Made by a program: the position numbers and the translations under genes
Shown here: one piece after another, positions 1 through 11,639 of the stretch
Layout of the letters: each line of letters begins with the position of its first letter
How positions within the stretch are numbered: the first letter of the stretch is position 1
The notes under the pieces: model-generated
The model's input: only the letters and a program-made list of their open reading frames with translations
What the model was told of the DNA's origin: nothing
The model's database searches: none
NCBI GenBank assembly: GCA_905178155.1
Contig: CAJINV010000007.1
Location: forward strand, 3,552,265 to 3,616,264
Length of the DNA: 64,000 nucleotides
Direction: 5' to 3'
DNA from: Amoebophrya sp. A120
Taxonomy: Eukaryota > Protista > Dinoflagellata

Positions 1-1612
1 AGATCAGAAGTTCCCTCGGTTCACCAGCCCTTTCGCAACAGCTGGCACGCGTTGTCAAATGGCCAAAACCCCTCGCACCACTCCGACTGCTTCCCCTATG
101 TGGAGCCCGACAATCCAGAAAAGAAAAAGAACTGCTGGAGCCGGTCCGTCACGGCGTGGCAGGTCCGCGGGAAAAACTATCTGAAAGACAAGAAAAAAAT
201 CGCCTCGCCCCCGCCCTTCGCGGTAGGCCTCGCGGCCGACATCTGTGACTGCCCCACGGCATTAGCGGTGTACGCTAGGCATCCAGAGGGATTTGTTCAG
301 GTATAGATTGATGAAACGACTTTTTCAGAACAAGAATTATGATGGATTTATTCGTAAAAATTTTGCGATCTGGATGAAGATATTGATATGATATGGACCA
401 TGAGTAGAACATCTTCACATTGTTCTTCGTGGTACGCCGCGAAATCGGAAAGAATAATCCCAAAATCAACAGCGTTGTCGAAAGGGCGGAGAGGGTCGGT
501 TTCTGTTCGTGCTGAACTTTCGCTTTACCCCGAAGCATATCCTTTGCAAAAGTATCGTACTCGTACAAATGCCCGTCTTGCATGACAGATCTACTTGCAT
601 ACCTGCATCTGCATGACAAGTTGCGCTTTTTCTTCTGCAGAAATTTGTCATACTCCTTCTACTAGTGCGATAGTTTTGTAATGCATAAAGCACATGGTCC
701 TTGTGTGGGCCCTGGACCACAAGGAGTACCAAGACCCGATGTTCCAGAACTTTCTCTCCCTGCCGCCGGAAGAGAAAAGCAAATATTCTGAGTAAAAACG
801 TCCCCACCCCAGAGTTGTCATGCAAATGTGCATGCCAAAAGCATCTCATGCGGAGCCCCGTGAGAAGCTCTTTCTAGGCGAGTTTTGGAGTTTGTGATGC
901 TACAATCAGCATGATATGCTAGATTTATGATGCCCTGCTGAAATAGCCAAACAGGATTACACTTTGAGGGCAGACTTGTGATGCGAAACAAACAAAACTG
1001 GTTGATCTGTCTAGCAGGTTTGCCATCTTGATACCTTTCTGGGGACGTTTTTCCTCGCAATAGCAAACGCTTCAAATTCATCCCGTGCCTCGTCGAAGGC
1101 CCGTGGCTGGTCCGCCAGGCGGTGGGGACTAAACCGGCACTGCTGGGCAACAAAATTAAGTCCGATTGGTACCAGGGGGACGACTTTATAGAAATGTCCG
1201 TCGACATCTTCTCCTCCTCGTACGCCTCGCAAAAGTATCGCACTTCTAGTGCAAAACTGCATCACAATTTTTTTCAAGAACAAGGATGCAAGTTGTCATG
1301 CTATGTCAGGTGCTTAGAAAGAAAAATTAAGTTAGGGTTGTCATGCATGACTGGAATTATTTTTACCTGTGCGATACTTCTTTTGCAGAGGATACCTCGG
1401 CAGCCAGGGCGATTTTGGGGGTGACCAGCGGTGCGGCGCGGAAACTGATTCTGGAATTCGGTTTGTTGCTGGAAGGGCAGTCTGTGGACGAACTACCGGA
1501 GAGGATGATGACCGGATTTCGCATCATTTTCCCGGACCTAGACAAGGCGAGACTGATGTCTCCGGAGGAGGGCATGCCGCTGCTCAAAGGAGGCGGGGCG
1601 GCGCAAGGATAG
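1..1612 (+). CDS. EDR2 C-terminal (DUF1336) domain protein, 5' partial, 5 exons in window
   Basis: Motifs WQVRGKNYLKDKKKI, FLFVLNF, RFKFIPCLVEGPWLVRQAVGTKPALLG, FIEMSVDIFSS, LLEGQSVDELPE are typical of EDR2-C. The frame is continuous after removing GT-AG intron 301-472 and elements 538-687, 784-1062 and 1221-1394, each with one TSD copy. Confidence 0.85.
538..687. mobile_element. TIR introner, family B
   Basis: TATCCTTTGCAAAAGTATCGTACTCGTA ... TACTAGTGCGATAGTTTTGTAATGCATA; perfect TSD AAGCA; removal gives FTPKHMVLVW. Confidence 0.9.
784..1062. mobile_element. TIR introner, family C
   Basis: TATTCTGAGTAAAAACGTCCCCA ... TGGGGACGTTTTTCCTCGCAATA; TSD GCAAA; removal gives EKSKRFKFIP. Confidence 0.9.
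1221..1394. mobile_element. TIR introner, family B
   Basis: TACGCCTCGCAAAAGTATCGCAC ... GTGCGATACTTCTTTTGCAGAGGATA; TSD CCTCG; removal gives IFSSSAARAIL. Confidence 0.88.
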
Positions 1613-2672
1613 CCGAGAAGCCTACCTACGCAATCAGACAGACATCACGACGACGTCGTGTTGTGCATTCGCCACAAGTGCTGGTTTGTTTCTGTGAAAT
1701 CGAGTTCGCCGGTGCAGTTTTCTTCGGTCTTGAAGAGCACTGAACATGTACTATACACCTTTCTCGATATTGAGCAGGACCACTGCTTTAGAGATGAATA
1801 CAGAAATCATATGATAGCGATGTTGAAATAATAATTCTATATTGATCTCTCAAGAACTCGAACTCGATGCTCAATACAATATAAGCTTAGGCTCACCTCA
1901 AGAAACTCTTTCGCAAAAAGTTGACGAGCAATGACTAGAGCTGGAGCTCACGTAATTATTTGAGGCTTTTATTTCAGCAAGAGCTTGTTGCTGGTGTTGT
2001 CATAATATTCCACTGCATCTAGCAGTTTCGACATCATATCGCCGACTCACGACTCTTGGATCTGGAACTTTCGCGGTCCCAAATCTTCGCTGCACCTCTA
2101 TACGCGTTCTGTGGTGGCAACTGGCTGCATCAACTTTATTTCACACTACAGGGCCATGTAAGTCAAGTTTCTGAGCGACGTGATTTTTCGTGTGGCGGTC
2201 ACTTTCGTATTTCTGTGATCTACAACTCGGCGTCGGTCTATAAAACCATGTTGATATAATTACACGTCGGCATAATTCGTGTTTTCTCCTTATACGGTAT
2301 GAATTGTGTCTACTTCGATGTTTTTACGAGACTAACTCCATACACATGACATTCTTTCAAACAAGTCATGATGTTGCATGCTACGAAAAATGCGCACACG
2401 ACGGGTAAATTAATAGCCTTTTAGGGCGGAGGATGGTGAGGACTTGGCTGCAGCCCCCCCCCTCTCGAAGAGGCTACACCGTCGACGCTTTCGTGATTGA
2501 TGGCAAAAGGCTACAACACGAGCCGTTCGCACACGCCAAGCGCTGCAGCAGGGGTACTTGATTTATAATTCGCCCAGCGTTCTCCTTCCGCTGCGAAGGT
2601 GTGCTGGGAGCGCTGGTGGAGGTGTGCAGATTATACGTAAAATCTGCCCGAAGCGCTAAACAAGTTGTCAAG

Positions 2673-5600
2673 ATGACGTCGAACAAGCGCACTCGCAGCC
2701 AGGCCACTAGCCACCACGGCGGTTCATCTGGTAGGAACAACAACAATACGTTTTTCCTTCACGACAACCATAGTGGTCCACCAGTTCCGCACCCGGACAA
2801 CTACAGCCACAATCTCCAGCCATACAAAAAACGAAAGAAGGAGGAATTGAAGGAGATTTTCCGAAGACCTCAATTCGACCCGGAATGGCGACAAAGTTTG
2901 GAAAACTTGTTTCAAAATGTATTGGAAGCAAAAAACAACAATGACAATAAACTAACAGTACAACAAGACACAACATCCGCGAACAAAACTTCCAAATCAA
3001 AACGAAGGAACAGCAAGGACACAGCAGGGATGATGAACAACGACAATTTTCTTTCCAAGCACGAGAAGGAGCAGAAGTTACTGGATCATTTTAACCAGAA
3101 AAACTTTAAGCAGGCGGATGAAACTGCGCTGGAAGCTGCGATCGCGTTTTTGGACATCATGGAGATGCAGAGGAGTGACTTGTTGCAAGAGTTGTTTGAA
3201 AACTTGTCCACGAGTTTTCACGAAAAAATGGAGAAGCTGATAGCGGAAGACGACAAATTTCTGAAAAAGCAGTTCTTCCCCGACACCGAACTGAATTTGA
3301 GCGCAGCGGCAATAGCGCTGAACAGCAGAAGGACAGGAGAGTTGTCCTCGTTGACTACATCAAGTAGTTCTTCTACACAAGCGGTTCTTGTTTCATCTGA
3401 AGGTGGCGAACGGCTGCAGATGATCACGTCGCAACTTCATAGTGCTGAAGGAGGAGTGGGTGATTCCGCTGAAAATCCGGATCTGCAACAAGCCGGTACG
3501 AAAACTCCCAGTGCTGGCGGATCGTCGTCCTCGTTTAGGACGACGACCTCGAATCTGAAACCAGCCACAGCGGAGCAGCAGGCTGCCGCGCGAAACCTGC
3601 AAGCGGCGATCAAGTTTCACCGACAGAAGAAGTTTTTCGGTTCCGACGTGATAGGTGCGCAGGTGTTGCTGGAAGATTTCGAGGAGCGGAAGAGGCAAGA
3701 GAAGCAGAAGAAGCAGGAAATGCGACCACCAGTTTTGAAACCGAGGGACATCTACAAAAACAATCGAGCAGGAGCGGTTTTCCCTACAGGACCACCACCT
3801 GCACCGACTTCTACAAGCGCTTTTGACAATACCTTCAACCTGGCAGAAGTGCATGAACCCGCAGGAAGAACAACAAGAAGTTCTGCCAGTGTAGCTGCCA
3901 GCTCTGATAGCCTTTTCAATGCGGTGTCCGGCCTACTGCAGGAAGAAGAAGAGCAAGAGTTACAAAATGCCGCCAATATTAATGGTGCGACAACAATCGC
4001 GACGACTGACCCCGACCTGCTTCTCTGGCGGACGCAGTCCGCCGCCCAGAAACGGATTCGCTGGGACGAAATTTTGTGCGATTTGGTCCGTTACATCTCC
4101 GTCCCGGAGCTGCAACCGCTGCTGAAACTAGTTTTCCCGAAATTTATCCGGGATAGGGGGCGGACCTTTCCGACCATCCCGCAGCTTGTTCATCCGGGCG
4201 GGGGCCCATCTTCGGGTGGTGGTGGCAATGAGGAAGCTATGCACCTAGCTGCAGCCGCGGAGGATTATTTTCCTCCGTGTTTGATTGTCGACGAAGAGCA
4301 GTTACCAGTGCAGTTTCTCTACGTCTTGTCGTTGATTCCGAAGCCACTATTGGAAACACTCTGTGCAGGAGGTGCAGATGATAAGTCGGACGAGGGTCGT
4401 TGTGTCGACTCACTCGATCTCGTCGATGAAGACAATATCGTATCTTCTACCGATCATCTTCATGACCAGGACCAGATATTACTAGCAGGGCCACCACTTT
4501 TATTGCCTCCTGTTACTCATCATTCCGAAGCACTTGCACGACTTTTTCCGTCTCCTCCTGTCCTTCCCCTTCCGCTGAAACGGGTCATCTGGATATTGAA
4601 CATCCGGCTGAAGCTCGTGTCCGATGTTTTCTCCATTTTGTCGGAGGTGATGCAGAAGGAAAGCTATTCGGACATCTTCCGCTTTCTCGACCACGATCAG
4701 GATGGTATTTTAACCAGGACGGACATTCAAAACGCTCTGGGAAACGCGAAGACCAAGGACAACAAGCCGCTGTTTCGGGGGCAGATGAAGAAACACGAGC
4801 TGAAGGAAATCGAGGACATTTTCGTTTCCGGGAACTGCTCGGTAGTGAAAAGTTTCGGAAGGGAAAGCTTCTTCGCGGATATAGTTGCTGCGGATCATCA
4901 TCACGGTGGTCCTCGTGGGGCCCCCGGACGAGCAGCGGTGGATGAACGCGAGCTGCAGTCAGCTCGTGGTCTTGCTTTTGGAGGTCAGCACGACCATATT
5001 GATTTTCCCACTTCTGCCGGTCCCGACCAGGCGGACTTCAAATACCTCTTTCTCCAGGTGAACGCCTGGCAGGAGTACTGCTTTCACACGAACCAGCAGC
5101 TGTTTTTTATCAACTGCATCGAATGTGTCTGGGTCATCTGAAGTAGAGTGCGCTATATTTCTCATGCACGTTTTGCATAACCTTAACCCATGACGTCTGT
5201 GATGCATGTTCTAGCAGCGCAGGTTTTTTGAGGGCTGTTCGATGCCTATGCTGCAAGAGAAATGCCCTTTTCGCGCAGCAAAAACTGGACTCCTTTTGCT
5301 GCTCATGCAATACAGATCATGCTTTTCGAGTTCAAAGGGAGCGTGACCAGTTGCAGTCGCTCTCCTCCAGACCCAGACGTATTTGCATTGCATATTTCTG
5401 GACGACATACAGTCTCTCGTTCGACGCTACGTCCGCGAGAAGCGACAGCGTCACTGCGGCCTGGCGCTGGCCTGGATCAAGACGAAAGACCGAGCGGACT
5501 TGCGGAAACAGGACAAGACCTTGCAGAAGATCTTGGAGCTCATCGGCGATAGCAGATTGCTATACGTATGACAATGCGCAACTCGACGTCCCCCTCCCCC

Positions 5601-8600
5601 TTATTTGTCATGCAAAATATCAAATCAGCCCTACCTTTTTCCTCGCCCAACCCCCGGGGAGGGAATCCTTGGCCTGTGGCGCTGGGTGCGGGTGTCCACT
5701 ACATGATGACGATGAAGCACTGCTTGCGTGGCAGGTTTCGGATGCGCAAACAGAACTAGAATCGGTCGCAAATTAGTCATACAAAAGCTGCATTTATGCC
5801 ACCGCGTGTGTTGCTCTTGCTGCTTTTGCCCTTCAAATGAGGTGGAGGGGGCGGGGTTCTTGTGCACTCTCATAATGCGCGACTCTAGTGCAGTACTTGA
5901 CGAGCGTGCGGACCTTGGAGGAGGAGAACGACGCAACAGGTGCAGGTGCTGCTGACCAAGCTGCAACTGGTCCACTTCTCGATGATGACCAAGAAGGTCG
6001 TGTAGGTAGTACCGGAGCTGCTGGTGCCCCTACTGCCAGCCACGCAACAAGAAAGAAGAATGGAGTTCAAGTTCTTGGAGAAGCCATGTATAATAATTCT
6101 TCGAGAAGTTCTGGTGCTTCACCACGACACGTCGGCCGCGATTCATCTTCACAAAATCAACTTGAAGATCCCGAAATGTCAGAACCGGGCTTCACCCGCT
6201 GGCGACCAAAAACGAGTACGGACTTCGAGCCGTATTTGTCTATGTTGAGGAATGACCTATTGATGAGTTTCGTCGACCGCAAAGTGCTCGAGCCGAGCTT
6301 AGAGGGCCGGTGGGTCGTGGAGTTGCTTCCAGCCCGGGAACTAGCGCCGCAGGTGGATTACTACTGGCGGCAGGCAGTGCACACGTCGGCTGCGGGTGCG
6401 GGTACAACAACTGGCATAGCTTCAGGCACAACGATATGGGACTGTCAACTGTTACATTTTCGACTCCTGTTACATGAGCTTGTAATTGCACAAGTATGAG
6501 CACACTTCTCCTGTATTCGCAATTGTGTGTTTCAACTTTTTATATCTTTTCTTCTCAAAGTCAAAAGTAGTCAAAGGGGGAAGTTGTACCCCTAGCATTA
6601 CAAGATTCTTGTAACAAGAAACTCCGCACAGATTTACTACGTGCTGTTTAGCCCCCCACCTTCGCAAGTTTGTCATGCGAAGCAGCTTGATCGTGTGGAT
6701 CGATGACGATGTTGGTAGTTTTGCATGGTAAACCCATGTAACAGCTGAGAGCGTTGTAACGTTTGGGAATCCCATAGACGACAACTCCAGGCGGAACTCT
6801 GTCGAAGACGAGCCACCCAATGACACCCTCCTCCAGTGGCGGCCTCGACCGGATTCTGTCCTTTGCCATGGTCTTGACCCGCGACGGGCGAGCGCAGGTT
6901 TCTCTGAAGCAACGCGATTTGTTGTTGCTCCTAGGTATCAACATGCAGGACAATTCAACTGCATCGCAAGCGTTGCACTACGAGGACATGCTAGCTGCTG
7001 CGGCGGAGAGTAACGAGGAAAGGACGAGGGGCGGGAAAAATTTTGCTGACATCCAGCAAAATATTAACAGCAATTGCTACCATCTCACGTCCACAAATTC
7101 TCAGTACAAGCATTTTCAGCCGATCAGCAAGAAGAAACTGCTGCAGGAGTTGGTTCCGTCTTCGAGCCTGAAGGTCCGGTGCCGAAACCCAAATTTGACG
7201 ACCAACGCTCAGTGGAAGTATTACGTGCTGGACACGGCCGAGAAAATCCGAGAAGTACAAAACAAATTTTCGCAAATCGAGTATCGCCCCGTGATTTACG
7301 ACTTTTTCCTCGAGCTGGATTACGCAAAGACCTTGCACACTTCGTTGAGTACTACAACTACGGTGAAAAATGGTAAAATTACAACTAGTACACCAATAAA
7401 TAACATGATGCTGAACAAAGTCTGTCGCAACCTTCACCTCCGCTTTGAGATGCATGAAGACATGAAGCTGATGTACGGCACTTGGCGAATCGCGGAGAGG
7501 GACGAAAATCCGCTGCAATTATCAGCCGAGATAAGAGCAACTGCAGCTCAGCAAACTGGCACAGGAACTACAACTACAGCGGGACCGGGCGTGGTCTCTC
7601 TTTCCCAACAGCAGCAGGTGGATGTGAAAGAGTTAAAATGGAACAGTTTGTGCTTTGCAAAACGAAAGTTGTTCTCAAACTTTGTGAATGCGAAGACGAA
7701 CGAAATCTGGGACGAGCAGGCGTGTCTGATTGAAACGTTGGACCGGCGGGTCATCCCCCAGTGCGGACTCTTCGGCATCAACTCGGACACCGATGTCGAG
7801 TTGAGCCAACTTTTAGTGAAGCAGTTGAACAGCGGCAGCTACTCGGGTGGAGGAGGTGTTGCGAATGCAAATAGTAGCTCTAATGTAACAACTGCTGGCG
7901 CATCATTAAGTGGCTACGAGTCGAAACTACTTCAAACCGCGTTTGTGCTTGCCGATCCAAATTTACACGTGAGTCTCGCGCGGGGCTTGTGCAGCGTGAG
8001 GCAATGGAGCATGCTGAATTCTGGCGCTGCTGGTTCGACAACTACCGGCACTTCTTCTACTGCGTCGCAACATCAAGAACTCTTGACCAACAAGAAAAAC
8101 AATAAATCGCAAGAGCCTGTTGCTGGACTTTCTGTGCTTATCAAATCTCTCGCTGGGGTCGAGGAGCAAAACCAAAAGCCGCGCGGCGGCGAAGACCCGG
8201 GGGGTGGACCAAAAGGTGACCAAAAGAGCATCTTCGACCGTAGCAAGACCCCACCACTCGGAAGCAATGTGGGGCTCATGCAAGGCAGAAATGCAGGCAG
8301 TGGTCGAACAGAGAAAACGCCACGGCTGCTAAACTCAGAAGATTTAATGTTCGCTTCCAAAAAAGCAGCGGGAGCAAACAAATCGCCCACCAAAATTGCG
8401 GCTAAGCAGCATCATGACAAAGAAACCGATCAGAAAGAGAAAGACGACGGCAACAGCCTCCCTGTACCAAAAAACAGTTGCGAGGCCGCGGAATTCCTTT
8501 CACTGGCTTTGCTGTGGCTCGCAGCGCACGTCACTCAGCTGTACGAAATCAGAGCGGCAAGAACGATGACGACGACGAGTACAACTACTAATCGCAGTGA

Positions 8601-10034
8601 AATTGGTGGTAGTAGAGCACAAGATTCATCTCGCAAGCCCAACAATTCCTCGACCAAGAAGGTTCCGCCTTTCGAGCATTTCTTCGAAACCATACTGTTA
8701 GTCCCGTCACAGCCGCCGTCCGTAGCAGGCCCCGCTAGAGGAACGGTAGGTGGAGGTCCATCCTCTTCAGCGCGAACAAACAGCACACGGGCCGGTGGCT
8801 CTGGATTTCTTCCTCCAAATCCTCGACCATCTTCGCAACAGTCCTCTGCTGGAGGTTCAGAACCGCAGCTGCAGCCAGTGTCTGTTGCGTTGCTGCGATT
8901 GCCACGGCACGTGTTCAACCACTCCTGGGAAACGCCACAGAAACTCTTTCAATCCGGCGGCACGAACGCGGAAGCCGAACTGGAAAGCGCTTTTTATAAC
9001 GAGGAAGACGACCTCCAGCACCTCGTGAACAAGCAAGGATCTTCAAACCACGGAACAAAAATTAAGGACAACAATTCTACTTCTTGTCCTTCCCATTCCG
9101 CCAAGCAAACCTTCGCCACCCTGTGTCTCCTCGCATTCACGCTTCGCCACTTATGCACTGCAAAAGTATCGCTATCGTACTCGTAGTCATGATTCCACGA
9201 CCCTCGTCGCATGACCAATCTACTTTAGTGACTGAATCAACATTACAGATTCCATTTTTGTTTCTGAAAAAAATCGTAAATGCAATTCCTACTAGTACTA
9301 TTCTATGCTTTTGCAATGCATACCACTGCTGGGGCGCCGATCACCTTTCGTTGCAGCCGACGTTACTGGAACTGAAGCCGGTGATTGAAACTGGGTTGGA
9401 GATGAGGAAAATGGCGCCAGAAAATTCTTGCGAAAGCAATGGGGTGGTGAGAAACTTGGACAAAGAGGACTACGAGAATCTGATATTAAACGATGTTGAG
9501 CAGCATCATGCGGTTGCGGGGCTTGATCATCACAACGGACGAGGGGACGACACCAGCAAAAACAGTACATCAAGTACAAGACCGTCAAAAATCTCCTGGG
9601 CAGTCCAGTTGTGGCTGCAGACCGTTCTGAATGTCTGCGGCTCCGAAGACCGAGCGACGAGGTTCAACGCGGACATGCGAACAACGGTTCTAAATTTTCT
9701 CTGCGATACCGTGGTGCGCAAATCGGTGTTCGGGTGCTTCATCACGCTGTCGCTGTTGGCGAAGATGTTTTTTAAACTGTCCAGCAAAACGAACTGGGCG
9801 AAGAAGAAAGACGCGGACTACCTGAAGATCCTCGCGAAGACGGGGAGGATACAGGATGAACGCAATGCGGATGGTTTTTTTCACTTTCAAAAATGGTTCG
9901 AATCTATTGTCGACGCGTACGACAGTCTGAATTTGCAAAACGTGAGCAGCAACGCAGATTTAAGAGAGGGGGATGACCATTTCATGCACGAAGAGTGGTA
10001 CTCCTGCGAGTTCCACGAACGGGCACCTCATTGA
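2673..10034 (+). CDS. NELFB: NELF-B/COBRA1-like protein, greatly expanded by low-complexity insertions; 3' end uncertain
   Basis: Ordered motifs AIAFLDIMEMQRSDLLQELFENL, YISVPELQPLL, LKRVIW, NQQLFLDDIQSLVRRYV, LQKILELIGDSRLLYATLVQYL, LRNDLLMSFVD match the order of conserved NELF-B blocks as recalled. Introns at about 5108-5394, 5567-5874, 6494-6777 (GT-AG) and 9152-9322. Confidence 0.7.
5108..5394. mobile_element. TIR introner, family A (degenerate)
   Basis: TATCAACTGCATCGAATGTGTCTGGGTC ... GACCCAGACGTATTTGCATTGCATA; TSD TTTTT/TTTCT; removal gives NQQLFLDDIQ. Confidence 0.82.
5567..5874. mobile_element. TIR introner, family D
   Basis: TATGACAATGCGCAAC..CCCCCTCC ... GGAGGGGGCGGGGTTCTTGTGCACTCTCATA; TSD ATACG/ATGCG; removal gives LLYATLVQYL. 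Confidence 0.8.
9152..9322. mobile_element. TIR introner, family B
   Basis: TATGCACTGCAAAAG ... CTTTTGCAATGCATA; perfect TSD CCACT; joins ORFs 6820 and 9084 as LRHCWGADH. Confidence 0.9.
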
Positions 10035-11639
10035 AATTGATGTTAAACGAGATCCGGCTGGCGCTGGTGGGGCTTCATCTCCGATTTCCAACCGTCCCCA
10101 ACTGCAACGTCGTACTACTATACATGCAGATATAAGTTGTAGTAGTAGATTGCAATGAATCAGAATCGCATTAGGACTACGACAAGCACATGCGAGAAGA
10201 GCTGCCATGACCTCCGCATTGTGAAATGTTTTTCGCTCTTTTACTTTCAAGAAACGCATAAACGTTTCCATCCCCGTTGTTCCTCCAGAAAGTGCAGCTG
10301 CAGCTCGTAGAAGAGTATGTATGTCGCTCTTGCTAATGATGATAGCGTGCGTAGTATCACTCGTTCACAGTTGAATTATGCGTGGCGACCACGAGGAGCT
10401 CGAGCTAAAAAGAGAGAGAACTTCAGAGAGGGAGAGAGAGCGAAAGCGATTTCCGCTCAAATCTGTGCGGAACAATCTAAAGGAGGTGTTTATCGCGCTC
10501 GTTGACCCCTTCTCGTTCGCGGTAAAGGGTCGTGATCTGGTGCTTGTTGTCGATGTCACAAGTTTATATGCTTCGTATAATTTGTTCTGTGGAGACGAAG
10601 AGCAGCCGGCTCAGGCTGCGAGTCTATGAGCAGTGATTTTGACGTATCAAGAATATGTAGATACGACAACTGTAGTTGATGCCTCATCAAATTCAATTAT
10701 CGTTGTCAGTAAGTAGAACTCGCTGCCGTTCAGTATCGATCGCGTCCGTTTCATCTTCTTGTTTCATCAACACACAGAAGAGCTGATAAAAACTATTTTT
10801 ATGCTGGCGAGGACTCTAGCGTCATGAGTGGCCCTATTTATACTAGTTGGTAGTTCATCCCGGCGCAGCTCATACTATTTTATCAATGCGGTCGGAGGAC
10901 AACGCCTACACAAATTGCAATTAGTTCCCCGTAAGATTGTAACGTTGGGTCTGACTTAGCTGAGCTCCTGTGCATCACTAATGATAGTAGGTACTATGTA
11001 CAAAAAATGTTGGAAGATGAACAGCGTGTAATCTTGAAGAGAACTAGAAGAGTGAAGACTGGCAGTCTTTTCCTGTGCTTTTCAAAGGCGCAGGACTAGG
11101 CAGAAGTCCATGTTTTAGCAGCGTTGTAGTTCTTGTATCCGCCGATGCCGAAGATGCAGTTCCTTTCAATTTGCCACGTCGCGGAATCTGTCTGAAGGTC
11201 GCCAAATTGGGAGATGAAGTGGCATGATTCGCTTTACTTATCTTCCTTCACACTAGAGTTTGATAAACATTTTGCTTTTAGGCAACAACATAACTACAGA
11301 AAAAAGTATCCATTGATGCAATTAGCAGGAGTTCTCCTCCGGAGTGGGATAGTCTAGCGTAGCCGTCGAACAAGAAGCAGAAAAACAGTTGTAAAGGAAA
11401 AGCCAATTATTTTAGGTCGTTTGTAGTGCGGGCAAGAACTCGCTCAGCGCCGCAAAGAGCTGGTGAAATCATGAGACTACGACACAAAATAAATGCTCAA
11501 GTTGACATCAAAATTTCTATGATGCATAGGACCACAAGGAAGTACTACCAGAGAAAAGAAAGCAAAGTGGCAAACAGCTCGACTGAATCGAAGTTGTCCG
11601 AGATGAAGTTGTTCGTAGAAAAGAAGTAAACCAAAAACT

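Noticed and set aside
10035-10629. Extra 3' exons of the NELF-B-like gene (ORFs at 9973 and 10378)
   Set aside because: They look protein-like, but I found no supportable junction linking them in frame.
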